From Yuukianura sp. NJ FZ-2021 (Eukaryota), in assembly GCA_046563655.1 (NCBI GenBank), contig CM102289.1:6634001-6698000 (forward strand): a stretch of DNA of 64,000 nt, in the 5' to 3' direction. Below, in pieces: positions 37,420 to 51,066 of the stretch. The number at the start of each line of letters is the position of its first letter. The first letter of the stretch is position 1. Both the position numbers and the translations under genes were made by a program. The notes under the pieces are model-generated. The model worked only from the letters and a program-made list of their open reading frames with translations, did not search any database and was not told the origin of the DNA.

Positions 37420-37941
37420 ATGTCAAAATTTACATTTAGTCAAAAAACTTTTCTCGTTACGGCCGCCATTGTCCTTGTCTGTGCCGTCGTCATCCAATCT
37501 AAATGGGTAGCGAAAGGTTGCGTCCGTAAGTATAACAATTTTTTTAAAGACAAAGTTCTTTTTTTCAATTTTTACACGAATGAATGAACTTAAAAAAGAA
37601 AAATCATTTTCCAGATCAGTCCAACTCCCGTTGCACTCTTAAGCAAGGTGACTGTAGAAATGGAACGTCTAGTAAATGTGTGATGGCAAATTGTTGCTGC
37701 AATTCCACTTGGCTTTGGTTACAACGTGAAACTTGCCATATATACGAGAATGACGAGTGCGGTAAGTTAAACAGAATTTCTGAAGAATTCGTTTAACTTG
37801 TTTTTTAGTTATAAAAAAATAATGTATTCACTTTCCATAGATACTTCGGCGAGCACCACAAGCGCTCCAGAGGAAACGACAACTCAAGGGAGGGAAACGA
37901 CCAGTGAACTAATTCCCGATAATGATTATATTTTTGACTAA
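37420..37941 (+). CDS. Secreted Cys-domain plus short Thr/Glu tail, paralog 2 (3 exons)
   Basis: MSKFTFSQKTFLVTAA...SKWV | SNSRC...RETCHIYENDEC | ...PDNDYIFD-stop. Confidence 0.75.
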
Positions 37942-39139
37942 ATATTTTACATTAGCAAAATTTAAATATTTAGCAATATGTACCAGCAACCCGTTCTCTT
38001 AAGTATTTTGAACTTGAGCTCTTTTAATTTGAGCAGTTCGTTTCGAATGTTAAGAGCATGGAGCAAATATTTACCAAAAACGAATAAAAATTAAGTAACT
38101 AAAATCAAATGATTTTTTGGAGACTTCCTATAACTATTCCACTGCATGAAATGTGTTGTTCAACAGCACCGAAAATAGCCAAACCAATTTTTTCTCCAGG
38201 GCGGACAAGATTTCGAATTGTATTGTTTGCAGTTGCGCATTTATTTTTTCTAGAGAAATTTGTTACTCATGTAAGAAAAAAACTTGCTTCCTTTTGAACA
38301 ATTTTGGAAATTCAATTCAAAAATGTTTTTAGGTTAAATTCGAAAGGGGTTTCAGTTGGTAAATATTCATGAACAACAGCATTGCAAAATCCGTGCGTTT
38401 AGGAAACTTATATCAATCTTTGGCATGACGTATATCAAAAGACGTTTTAAAAACTTTTTCAAAAACATTTTCGAAACCGACGTTTTAAAAAACTTCAACT
38501 ACCGAGTTAACATGTTCATTTCATTCCATTTATTCTGCTCAGTTTAATTTTATTTTATTATCAAACTTTCTTAAAATGAAAACCAAGTTGCTGCCCTATC
38601 GCAAATTTCTTAACAATTTTACTACCTAAAGTCCAATTCCACTTTTCGAAAGCTCTGCAATTCAAATTTTAAAGTCTTAAAAAAAGAGTGTCATTGGGTC
38701 AATTGCGCTTAACTAAAATGCATTAAAATCTATAAATTATGGTTACAGAATTCAGAAAGGGAGGTCGCGACTAATTAATATTTGACGTTTGCAACTGAAT
38801 ATTTTGGTAAACCTCAAATACCCTTGAAAAGCTCTCAAAAATTGTTCAAAGCTGCATGCTTAGTACGTCACAAAAATCATTAATCATATACAACAGCGTA
38901 AGTACAAGGATGTAACCAATTAGAAACCAGACGTTAGAACCAATAGTTTCAAAAAAGAAAAACTTCCACACCATTTGAAGGAATGTTCCGGAAAAAGACA
39001 AGAGAATTGCGAAATAAATCAACCCTGCAGTACAATGTTAGAACAATTTGACAAAGATAGTATAAATACACGCCGTTACTTCAATTTAGAGACAATTAAA
39101 TTCGCAATTCAAATTGGAAAACAATTTGTGAACACAAAA

Positions 39140-39700
39140 ATGACAAAATTTACATTTAGTCAAAAAACGTTTCTCGTTACAGCGGCAATTGTTCTTGTCT
39201 CTGCCGTAGTTATCCAGTCCAAATGGGTGGAGAAGCGAAAAGTGGGTAAGTGTAACAAAGAAATTCTTCTTTTTTCTGTCTTAAACAATTAAATAAGTAT
39301 TTTGTACCTAAAAGCATAATTTAGGTATAACTTACAGCAAATTTTCAATTCCTTGCGTTACTCATGCGCAATTGTTTTCTAGTGCGCTTTAACGCCCGTT
39401 GCCTCAGGGAAAAATGTACCAGGAATACAACCTCGGACTGTACAATGGTCAGTTGTCGCTGCAATGGTCCTTTGCGCGAAACTTGTACAGTATATGAGAA
39501 CGATGAGTGCGGTAAGTGAAACTGATTTTTCAAAAACTCTTTTCAATTTGTTTAAAAATTTTTTTTAAATTGAATTTTCACTTTCCGTAGTAAATAATTC
39601 GACGACAACGACAACAACCGCTCCGGAGGAAACCACAACTCAGGAGGCAGAGACGACTACCGCCGAACTCGTTCCAGACAATGATTGGATCTTTGACTAA
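39140..39700 (+). CDS. Secreted Cys-domain plus short Thr/Glu tail, paralog 3 (3 exons)
   Basis: MTKFTFSQKTFLVTAA...SKWVEK | FNARC...CRC...RETCTVYENDEC | ...PDNDWIFD-stop. Confidence 0.75.
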
Positions 39701-39762
39701 ATATTTTAAACTAACGAAAGTAAAATATCTAGCAATGCACACGAGCAAACCACTTTCCAAAA

Positions 39763-42700
39763 CTAATTCGAACTTGAACTTCTGTCTGAAGAAGGATAAA
39801 AACTTGAGGCATAAATTGAACCATCCATTTCCGAATCCGAAGGAACCACACCCCACTCTTCCTGCTGATTGCGTATTCCCTAATCAATTAACTTTCAATT
39901 AGGATTTAATTAATTAAGTAATTCAATTAATTCGCTTTCGTTTAATCAATAAATTTACCTTTCTCATTGCCAGCAAATGATTCAAAGTCGAATCATGTCG
40001 AGAACCGACGTTTTCTGCATGAAGCCAGTCAATCGTACTTCGTTTCTTGTCATGCAAATATGGATCCAAATATTCAAATTCTTCCGTTTTCCCGCTCGTT
40101 CGTGTTTTAAAATTTTGAGTGTTATGCCACTCTCCTTCATCGTCCAACTCTTCATGAAAAAGCAAAGATTCCTCTTGGTGGTAGTAATCCGAGGGGAATT
40201 TAATTGTAAATTCAATGGTTCTGTTTCGCAAGGCTCCTTGCGTAAGCTCAGAATTTAACGTTTGGTGCTCTGTGCTGTTGGTAGTTCCACTCTCAAGGTC
40301 AGAGTTCAAAGGCAAGTAGTTTCCGAGATCCTGGATTCCAAAAATGAGACGCTTGAGATGATTAGGTGGACTGATGGGAACGAGATTTGGAGTAGACATG
40401 TCGGAGGTCATGGGTTTCTCTGACCCTGAAAAATAGTCTGCTGAAGATTCAATAATCAAAGTTGCTGGAGCCATTTTTGGAACCAATTCTGATTCAGAGT
40501 CTCTCAAGTCGGCCAATTTCTCTTCAAAAGCAGCAACGCTCGAAATTTTAGATTTCAAATTTCGGTCAAATGGGTGTCCACGACTTTGACACTCTTCAGC
40601 ATCATTAACGACTTTTTTGTCGTCGCCATTTTGTTTTACTTTTGAATGTTCCATGTCACTCTTGGTCAGGTTGTCTCCAAATGCAGCAATACTTGAAAGT
40701 TTTGTTCTCACACGTTCAAATGAGTTTCGACGAGATGGATTGGTACTATTTGGATCGTCGTCATTTTGTTTTACTTCAGGAATGTCCAAGCTAGCCAATT
40801 TTTGTTCAAAGGCGGCAATACTTGAAAGTTTTCTTTTAGTCATCATGTCAATTGCATTATTACGCTGAAGTTGAATTGAGTCAACAGTGAACACTTCAAC
40901 GTCGTTACTGTTGTTGCCATTTTGATTTTCGTGTGTTTTTTCCAACGCTGCACATTTTTCTTCAAAATCTCCTACTTCGACGTTCGAGAGCTTTTTCTTC
41001 ACACGAATGTCTAGCGAGTCTCTACGACCTCGTAGTGCAGGTTCTGCTTCGGCAGCGATAACGTCATTGTTTTGTTCAATTTGTTTAACTTGTTCCTGTT
41101 CTAACTTTTTCATGAGCGCTGGAACTGGAGGTGAATTGGTTACTCTACGATCTTCTACTTCAGGATTGACGTCCACCTCGTTCGCATTAGCTTCAATTGT
41201 TTTAAAATTCCGTACTTTCATTTCCATGTCAATGTCGTTTCGCTCTTTTTCAGCATCCCGTTCCCTCTGATGCGTTTGAACGATTTCGATTGCCTGGGCT
41301 GAGACTTTCCTACTTTCGGTTACTTCCAGCTTCTCTAGCTGGACAGTATTGTTTACGGTTTCCTGCACATCGTCATCCACCATTTTTTCATGTTTTACAT
41401 TTCTAACTTTTCTATTTGGTTGGACTTTCATTTTAGGTAAACGTGCCCGTTTTGAATTCATTTTAATTTTCGGTGGCTCCTCTTGTCCACTTCCAAGTGA
41501 CTTTGAGTCTTCGTTAGAAAATGATTTTGGATTTGCAGTACTAGTTAAATCTTCTACTTCAGTAGAACTCTTCGTTTCCAGCATTGCTGCTTTACATTTC
41601 AGTTGATTTTCCCGCCGTTTCTGTCTGTCCAATCTACGCTGTAGACGATGTTGGTAATGGGGATCTTTTTCTGATTGTTTCATGTACTGTTTCGTTGGTT
41701 GCGGAATTCCCCATTTTGGTCTTTCTTTTTTCTTGGTTTGTAACTTCTTCATAGTTTTTGGGACGCTAGGGCCAGTAAGCTGAGCAGTGGATGAATCTGC
41801 GTCTGCGCTGATTTCATTATGTGAAGGTTCTTCGTTCAGAACTGGTTCGAAAACAGAAGCGCCATCTTCCGTTTGAGTTCCAAATTCTTGTCGAGTGGAT
41901 CCAGTACTTTGAGAAGTGTCTGTTCTGACTCTTGAAGTGGAAAACGTTTCTTCTTTGATGACTGTCGCTTCGTATTCTTCGAAAGGAGAAATAGACCGAT
42001 GACGATAAGGTGAAGATGTCCCTGTGGTTCCCTCTAGCGGCTGCTGCGAAGGGTTGATCAGTGGTAGAGTGAAAGTCGTGGCGAGGTTCTTGCGCAGAAG
42101 GTACGAATTTTCAATTTGTAATTGTCTATAAAACGTATCGATGTCCCCGCGATTTTTTGATGCAAATAAATTGATCCGTTCATCTTCAAACTGCTTTTCG
42201 GCGAACATACTTGAGCCGTTTTGCTAATTACAAAAAATTGTTACGAGTATTTTGAACATGGCGGGAAATACGATTATTTTGAAACTGGCGGTAGGTTTGT
42301 AAGATGTTTCAGTTTTGTGCTTACTTGCGGCTCAACTTTTTCTTGTTCTCTGATCAATTCCTGTCGTTGAGTGGATTCCAATTTTTTAAGTTGTTCTAGA
42401 CGATACGCGAGTATTTTTGCTTCTTCTGCATTCTCTTCTGCAATACGTTTCTCATGCGCTTCTTTCAACTTTTGCTGACGTTCTTCAATCTGCAATTTTT
42501 AAAGGTCATAGTAGTGCAGAGAAACTTACGATCAAGATTCAACTCAACCGAAATGCATATGTTTCAGCAAATCGTACCTGCTTTCTTATCGCCTCTTGAT
42601 GCTGAAGTGCTTTCTGCATCTTTTGTTGACGTTCTGACATTTCAGTTACGTAGCTCATTCGGTCATTTTCTTCTGGAAATGCAGAACTATTCCAAAGAAA

Positions 42701-45262
42701 ACCATAAATTAATAACCATCACACGCTATGCCCCGCCTCAGTACACTCTGAAACGAAAAAGCCAGCAAACCAAAAATTAAATCGACATGCAATCTCCTCA
42801 TCAAGCAGTTGCAAAAAGCAGGTCTAAAAACCTACGACGTTTCATGAAAAAATTTAAATTTAGAACAAATCAAGCCTGAGTTCTCACCTCGCCATTTCTG
42901 AATCGATATTTTTCCATATCAATTTGAAAACAAAAGAATGAAATTACTTTTAATTTTGAAATCAGTTGAAATTAATTTCATATTATCTAACCGTCATCAT
43001 CTCTGGCCAACTCGGCTGCTTCCGACCACCATCGTGGAGGATGATTTTCTGTAACTTCCCGTGGACTGCCGGATCCGCTGATACTGCCAGTAAAATTAGC
43101 ATCTCCGCGTTCTTCACGAGGTGGAAGCCGGGCATCTGGAACTGAAGCTGGTTCCCATAAGTGCCCTACCACTACGCCGCGGTCTCCCCATCTTGGCACA
43201 AATGAGGTCAAAGGTTAAAACTTGTTAAGATGTACATACGTTTGAAATCAGATTTTGTTTTAACTTACTTTGCTCTAGAATTGAAATCCAGCAGCAAAAA
43301 CAGAGGTCATCACAACGAAAAGCCCAAAACTAAATCTCAAAATTTCAAAAATTGAAACTTACCGCCCAGTTTTCTCGTCTTTCTCCATTTGCTTCCGCAG
43401 CCTTTGTTCTTCTCTCTGCTGTTCCAAGTCGCGAAGCCATTTGTCGTGTTCCTAAAACCAGGAAAATCCGAATACCGTAAATTCTTGAATTTGAAAATTA
43501 TGAAAAGCAAAGAATTTGCAAAATTTTGAAGAAATACCTGTTTCTTGAGATCTTGATAAGCATCTTTATCAGGAGCATCCAATGAAGTCGTGAAGGAACT
43601 TCTCATTGCTGGCGGTGGAATATGAATTCGACTGTTGACATATGACCAAGTTTTTTGTTGCAGTGATTCCGCTTGCGTCGATTTAGTAGTTACGTTCCTA
43701 GTGCCACTCTCGTGCTGATGCACTTCATAATGATCCATTTCGTTCCGTTTTGAGTACAAGTAGGATCCTGGTTTAGTCCAGCCATTGTTGTTTGCCTGGT
43801 AGTCGACTTCACTCGTGTAAACGTACGACTCTTGGCCATGCTGCATCAAGTTCATATTAGCTCGATCCTGCAGATTGTTCCCGTTTGAAGTGTAGCGCCG
43901 AAGCAATTGTGGATTTTTGTCAGCATCGGCTGTTCCATTACTGCAAAACATAGCATTTCAAGATTTAGTGAAACTATACTTCGTGTTCAATTTCTCACCG
44001 TGACTCGCCGGATCCATCACTGTGAAACGGATTTTCACTTTGATATCCAGAAGTGTGCGGGTCCTCATCAAAGTATTGCTGTTTCCATTTTTCTGGAGGA
44101 GAAAGCTTGTGGCGCTGAATACTATGTCGTTGACCTTTGTCTTCAATTTGATTAACGAGGCTCCGCTCCTTTGCATGATAGAAGTTTCTGTGAAGTGTTT
44201 CCGGTTGACCGAAATTGCGATATTGAGTGTTGCCGGACAGTTCTCCACTGGGCGTGAGGATACACGAAGAGGGCAAGCTTCGTTTGCGATTAAACCAGTA
44301 GTTTAACTCCGGTCCATTCCCAATGGATTTGGTCATCAAGCTACCATTTCCGTCTCGATGTACTTCGGTTTCATGTCCTTTCTGCTTTTCCAGTCCAATC
44401 GGAGGCAAATGATACTCGCTAAGTAGTCGAAAATTAAAATTACACAACTTAAAAAATACTTGAGGAATTCTTGATATTTCGCTTGACCCGGTGTGAACCG
44501 GGCTTTAAATCGTATCTCAAATTCAGAAGTTTTTCAACTTTTTAAGTAGTGCGGAAGTTTTTAAGTAACACGTTAGCTAAAGCTGGCTAATCACTCTTTT
44601 GGGAAAACGAAAATTAATGATGTATTGCTGCTCGTGTCGTGCATCATGAGCATGTCAAATGCAAAGTTTTGCTTGTTGCTCAACTTAACAAGGAAACGTG
44701 TTGGTGAAAGTGATTAAGGGCGAGGGCGATGGCCTCTGTGGCGTTATTCATAATTTAAAAGTGAAAGCGTTGGAGAAAGCAAAGAAAAAAAAAGACAAAA
44801 AGACCTGGAATGGAAACAAGGCGCTTCCTGTCAATAAGTCAAAATCAAACAAAAGAAAACAGCGATTTCTTTACCTCTGCGACCCAACTAGACCCAATTC
44901 TTCTAAGTAATTCGAGCTGACAAATGCCGAACTGTCCAAGGGTAGGCGACTGCTACTGCCATTTTTGTTGCCAAGTGCCCCGCCTCCATATCGGTCTAAA
45001 TTGGTTGACAAGTTCTTGATTCCTTCGGTCAATGATGTACAACTGTTGGATAGCTTTAAGCTTGGCGGACGCCCCCAAGGAGCACAAAGTCCAATCAGCT
45101 CTTCTAAAGATACAATCAAAAAATTGAATTATTCAAATATTTTTCATATTCCATTTAAAAATGTAAGGTGAATTTTGAACAATATTTAAAAAATCTACCT
45201 TTCTCCCTTTCCCACTGAAGACGCTTTCTCTCCAACAGTGTCAAAGATTTTTGGGGCATCAT
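39763..45262 (-). CDS. CCDC66: Coiled-coil protein, CCDC66-like (multi-exon)
   Basis: First exon LLERKRLQWEREK; coiled-coil QIEERQQKLKE; PKWGIPQPTKQYMKQSEKDP...RQKRRENQL and terminal LLAMRK|GIRNQQEE resemble recalled CCDC66 motifs. Internal exon boundaries not fully resolved. Confidence 0.6.
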
Positions 45263-45766
45263 AGGCGTGTACTGTTCAGGTTGGTAGCTCACGGCAGACT
45301 AAAAACTTTTTCCTGGACAGTACTCCAGAAAGTGTAATGAAAACTGAGAAAGTCAGGTCCCGGACGACGAGACTAACGTAACCATAGATACCGAAAACCA
45401 AAACAAAATGAAAAGGGTGGGGGATGAAATAGAAAGAAAATACCATGTAAGAGATACACACGACTCGAAATAAATCAAGCATTGGTGTAACTCGTAAATG
45501 GACGAAGCCAGAATTAATTTACTAAGCTGCCTAACTTCTAAACAATGTCTCGAATTTTCTACTTTACAAACAAAGTTAGAGCCAATTGAAACCCTAGGTT
45601 CTCAAGTTCCAATGGACGTTATAACAAATTAAGGAAAAAAAATCAACGGGAAATAGGACCGGAAATTTCAGCAAAATCAAAAGTAAAAAAAAAATTGAAG
45701 GATTGATTATAAATTATTGAAGATCAACAACAGTAACAAAGCCGGCGCAAATTCAGTTCCAACTTC

Positions 45767-46502
45767 TCAGTAATCCTCAAACTCTTGCATCCGAGAAAAG
45801 TCGACCTGGCTCGGTCTGAACTTGGTTGTAATGTCATCCTCCTCATCTTCCTTTGGGTACTCCACCAAGTTGACCCGTCTTCCTACAAATTTAACACAGT
45901 ATCGGTACCGGTAGGTTAAATACTTCCATTTAAGTGCTTTAGTTAAAGGACGTTTCGGAACCAAACTCTTGGTCGAGTACCTGCAATACATCTCGGATAT
46001 GTAATTCCTTCCCTCAAGGGTTTGATTCCCTCCAGTTCAATATGATGAAGCCAGCTTGCTCCGAAGTCGTAGACATAGTCCGCGCGAGTCCTTGGTTGTT
46101 TGAAGAAGTTGCTGATCGGCTTTCGTTCAATATTCACACGCCTTTGGGGATTTACTAGAATTTGTGGGAGAAGAAATAATAATTCCAAGAAAATTAGCAA
46201 ACACAAATTCATTGTCAGCTGGTCAAAAACTTACGATTAATCCAAGCACCTTCGACTTCCGGAACTGAGAATTTATGCAAATGCCCCCCACGCCATCCAA
46301 ACAAACACATGATGACTTTATGGAACTCATTGAAGCACATGTTACTTGGAACCACGACACGTCTCCAGAGAGGAGGCTTCATTTTGCCCAATTCGATCTT
46401 GAACTGGTACTCCATAACTTCCGGTGCACGGTGTGAATTAGAGGTAGAGGCAGTTTCCGAAGTGGATGCCATTGCCGATGTTGATGTAGATGCTTCCGCC
46501 AT
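45767..46502 (-). CDS. Plasmid pRiA4b ORF-3-like (MM3350-like) protein, 3 exons
   Basis: YQFKIEL...KPPLWRRVVVP...FHKVI...FGWRGGHLHKF | YVYDFGASWLHHIELE...YPRCIA|GRR; both GT-AG introns preserve the frame. Confidence 0.85.
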
Positions 46503-48406
46503 TTTGTACCCAGCTCACACCACGTATCTCTGTTCACACAGACACAAACAAAAATACAGACGTTAGAACAATATTACACTTTTGAACCTTATTTACTATG
46601 TGCTAGACAGAAAAACAACTTTTAGTGAGTCACCACTACTACTGTCATCATTCGGGCTTCTCATTTTATCGTACAACATCAATTGTGTATTCAAACTCAA
46701 CTCAACAAAGCTGAGATCTGTCATCGGTCTGCAGTATGTTTTAATTAGTCTACTTAAGTATCCTAATTGATCTGTTTATCTATTACCCAAATATGAATCT
46801 GGTTCGCTCGTTAGTTCTCTAAAAGGCAATTAAGTTACTATTAAGAAAAGTCAAAGCAAACCGAATTCCGATTGCTCATTCTGTACTGACCTTTACCTGA
46901 TTGACACACACACCGTAACACGAGACCTGAATACCTCTAGAAGTTTCCACAATCACTGACTGAACTGACCACGACCCCGCACACGGGCAGATACAGAATT
47001 GAACAGTTCTAAACCAGAAATTGGTATGAAGATGTGCGGCAACGTGACGTGATACGTGAAACGTGAACGTGAGAACGTGACGCGACCTGGACGTTCGGTC
47101 AAATGCAGTAATGCAAACAGTTGTTTTCTTTGGTGAGGCGAGAAGACAAAACTAAAATGTAATTGGAGACGACTAAATGAGAAATATGGGAAAGTGCAAT
47201 TAAGTTGCTACTGCATTTCAGAAACAATTGATTGTGCTTCATTCATTGTAATGTAATCAATCCAACGACACTGTAATTTAAAAGGTCAAATTCAAAAGTA
47301 ATAGAATACTTGACACCATATAAAAATTTTCTCGACTACATTAACGGTTTTAACAATTTTGATTTATTTTGCTTTATTTTCTTTTTATTATTATTTTAAT
47401 TTTGCATCAAACTTTACAAGAATGGCAATTGCACAAATTACCTTTCCATTTTGTACATTCTTTGTAAACAAAGGAAGTTCCCTACAAATTTCCCGCGCCT
47501 TTCAAATTCCCACGCCGTTTTTCGTTTAAAACTCTCCGCGGTTCAGGTTTTTCACTTTCCGTTGTAGAATTTTGCCTCTAGATGTCGCATGCCAATGGCG
47601 TCTTTAATTTATATTAATAATTGAAAACTAATATTGAAATAATTAATTTTATTATTAATAATAGTACAGCGGTCTTATACCAAACGTAAACTAAAGTGTT
47701 CTTTAAATTACCCCCACGACATTTCCCTTCGTGATTGGTCGTCGTGTACCACAATTAGTACTTAATTATCCCCAGAGCGTGGAAGAGAGTGCACTAGCTT
47801 AACTTAAATGACATCCAGGGAATTTACTAGTTTTGTGAGAGGTTTAGTACCATGAAGAACTGCATCCGTATCTAAAATAACAAAAATTACATAAAATGGC
47901 AATCACTGTGTTAGTACAGAGTTAAAAACGTCTCTATTCCAGTAGTTAGCCTTCGCATGCCTGTGAATATGAATCAGGTTAGAATTCAGGGTTAATTAAC
48001 AAGTCAAATTCACCTTGAAACCGGGATGTGGTTTGTAAAAGTTTACTTGGAAAACATTTGGATCAAAAAGGCGTAACACATCTTTTCAATGTTAAACGTT
48101 TAACTTTTTAGCACAACTGATTCATCCTCTCCTAATTACTTTTTATTACCAAAATTTGCAACAAACGGATAGCCCAAAGAAATCCAGAATCTGTGTAGCC
48201 TGTTAAATCATAAAAGTTTCTCAGAAGAAGTGAAGTCAACTGTAAAACGCGAACTGCTTGGATAAATAGTTTTTGCAACAATTTTGCTAACCAGCACTCG
48301 TCCGTGTGGGCACAAGTGGTCCATCATCTTTGGAGCAATTGGGATCTGCTACTGTTTGCAAAATTTTTGCGAACTTTACAAAATTTTTGACAGTGACGGT
48401 ACAACA

Positions 48407-51066
48407 ATGCATCGATTTATTTTAGCCTTCATTCTCTGGAGCCTGTTGCCTTCATCCAGGTAAAAAATACGAAAGTTTGTGAATTTTCGGTCTTATTCAA
48501 CATTGTTCCCAAAAATTTTTATTTTTCCAATTTTTTTTTTAAAATTTTGAATTTTAGAGCAATTTTTGATGATAACTTGGATGGTGTCGACTTATTTGCC
48601 GCAACTGGAGCCAATAATGATCACTCGTTGCTAAGCAAGCATAATCGCTTTAGGAGAGCTCCGGAAGCCAATGCTTACACGTCAATTCAAGAAGCTGAAG
48701 CGCTGATTCCCAAAAATTATAGCATCCATGAACCACCGCCTACCGAAGATGGTAATTTTCCAAGAACTTCATTAATTGAGTAACTAATTAACACCTCTTG
48801 TTGCACTTGGCGTCTGTTTGCTGAAGACTTTTGGTGCTCTTGGTGGTGATGTCATGGTCGCTCGTAATGCTTCAATTGTCTGTCTTGTGGCCTCGAAATA
48901 ACCACAATTTGGCACAAAGTACATTTTACGTCACTGCATCTTTGAATGCAAAAATAGTCGACCTGTATAGTCCGTGTGTTTCAATCCAATTTGCAATTTT
49001 CAACAGTTGCAGAGCGTGTTATCCTAAGGCGCTTGCGCCAATGTCAAAAGTACAATACCTATGATATTGTTTGTTTCTTTTCTTGTAGGGTCGCCCATTA
49101 AAGTAGAATTTCATGTTCTCATCATTAGTATCCGTGACATTTCTGAAGTCAATGAGGTAAGAAGTGGGCAAGTTTATGAAGCCCATGCGATGTTCAGAAT
49201 TGTTCTGGAGAATTGTTAATTGATGTTTGAATTTTGGGAAAACTGTAGCAATTAACTTTGGAATTGAACCTACAAATGTACTGGAAGGACACGCGCCTGA
49301 GTCACCTTTCGGATAAAATGAACAAAACTTGGATAGTACTCAATCCCGTTCTTATAAGCCAAATTTGGCATCCCGACATTTTCATCGGTAAGTTTCAAAC
49401 TAAAAAAAATACGAATCCGCCTACTTTTTCCAAAATTTTTGAAATTTTTAGATCATGTCAAAAAAATCGAACAGCCAAGACTAATTTCAAACCCAGCTTC
49501 TCTACGAATTTATCCCGACGAAACAATCCGTTACAGTGCTAGGTAACGACTATCGTTCATTTTCAAAACTAATAAAACTGATACAACTATTCTATTTCGA
49601 AAACAAAGTTCAACTGACGTAATTTTTTCAACTTTTAGGTTAACAATACAAATGGCTTGTCCGATGGATTTTCATTTTTATCCCGCGGGTGAAAACTTTT
49701 GAATATTTTCTATATAAAAACGGATCCTTAAAAATTTGAATTTTTGAAAAAAAATTTTAGACACCCAATTTTGCAAAACTGATCTCAAGTCCTACGCTTA
49801 TTCCAACAAAATTCTTACGCTGGATTGGAGGGAAGGGAAGGAAGCTGCAATGATTAGAGGAATTCAACTTCCGAGCTTTGAAGTTGGTTTAGGAAATACT
49901 GTAAACTTTTCAGTCAACACATCTTCCGGTAAATGTGCAAATGGATTCTGGCAAATTAAAAATTATACCTATTAAAATTGACTGTTTAACTGTAGTGTTA
50001 AATTTTGTATAGCTGTGTATTCTGGTATCCGATTTACCATAATTTTACGAAGAAACATCAGTTTCCACATGCTGCAAACCTACTTCCCCAGTGCCCTCTT
50101 TGTCATAATTTCCTTCTTGTCGTTCCTCGTCGCTCCTGAAAGTATTCCTGGAAGGTAACTAACAATTAATCTACTTTTAAATAACTAATTTACTAATTAA
50201 TATTAATTGGTTCAAACTAATTAACATTAATTGTCTTCTGCGTCTAGAATGACGCTTTGTATGACAACTCTACTGACCATGGTCTCCATTTTCTCCGGCG
50301 TACGTCAAAGTACGCCAACAGTTTCATATGTGAAAGTAAGTAAAAAGAAATTTTGCGAAAATTAAAAAAAAAAAATTTCAATTTTTTACTTTCTCTTAAA
50401 TTTTCAAAATAATTAGGGCTTGGATATCTGGATGGTTGCGTGCATTATTTGCGTCTTTCTAACTCTCGTCGAGTACACTGTTCTTCTCAGGTAACGTATA
50501 TATTTTACTGAAAAACGAACATCAAAAAATAAAAATTGTTCGTTTTAAATTTTTATTTTTGAAGGCTCCGCAATTTGAAACCAAAGCACAAGCGAAAAAG
50601 CAAGAAACAGCAAAAGCCACAGCAAGAAATAAGCTGCAAACCAACACTTGATAATCCTACGTTGATTCAACAAGTCTTTGGACAAATGGTAAATTCTCAT
50701 GTTATCGTTTTACTTGTAGATGAAAAGCGTTCCAAAATTTTGCATCTTGATTCAGTATTTCTGTAATTTTTTTTACGTTAGGCACCGAAGACCTCAGCAA
50801 CAGAAGGAATGGGCAACGGAAATTGCAACAATTCCATAGGGACACGAGTTCCTTCAGCTAAAAGCAAATCAGGCTCCACTAACGTTGTAGTCACAGAAGA
50901 ACGAAAGAAGAAATCAGAACAACTTTCGTACAAAATTGAACGCTACTGTTCAAAAATCATTCCCGCACTTTTTGTACTTTTTAATCTAGTCTACTGGCCT
51001 TGGCTGCTTTCCAGTGCTGACTACTTTGACTATCACGAAATTGATACCACAAACTTTTCAGAATAG
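48407..51066 (+). CDS. Cys-loop ligand-gated ion channel subunit, anion-selective (GlyR/GABA-like) type
   Basis: WKDTRL, IWHPDIF, Cys loop CPMDFHFYPADTQFC, M1 LQTYFPS, M2 SIPGRMTLCMTTLLT, VSYVKGLDIWM, M4 IIPALFVLFNLVYW. Confidence 0.92.
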
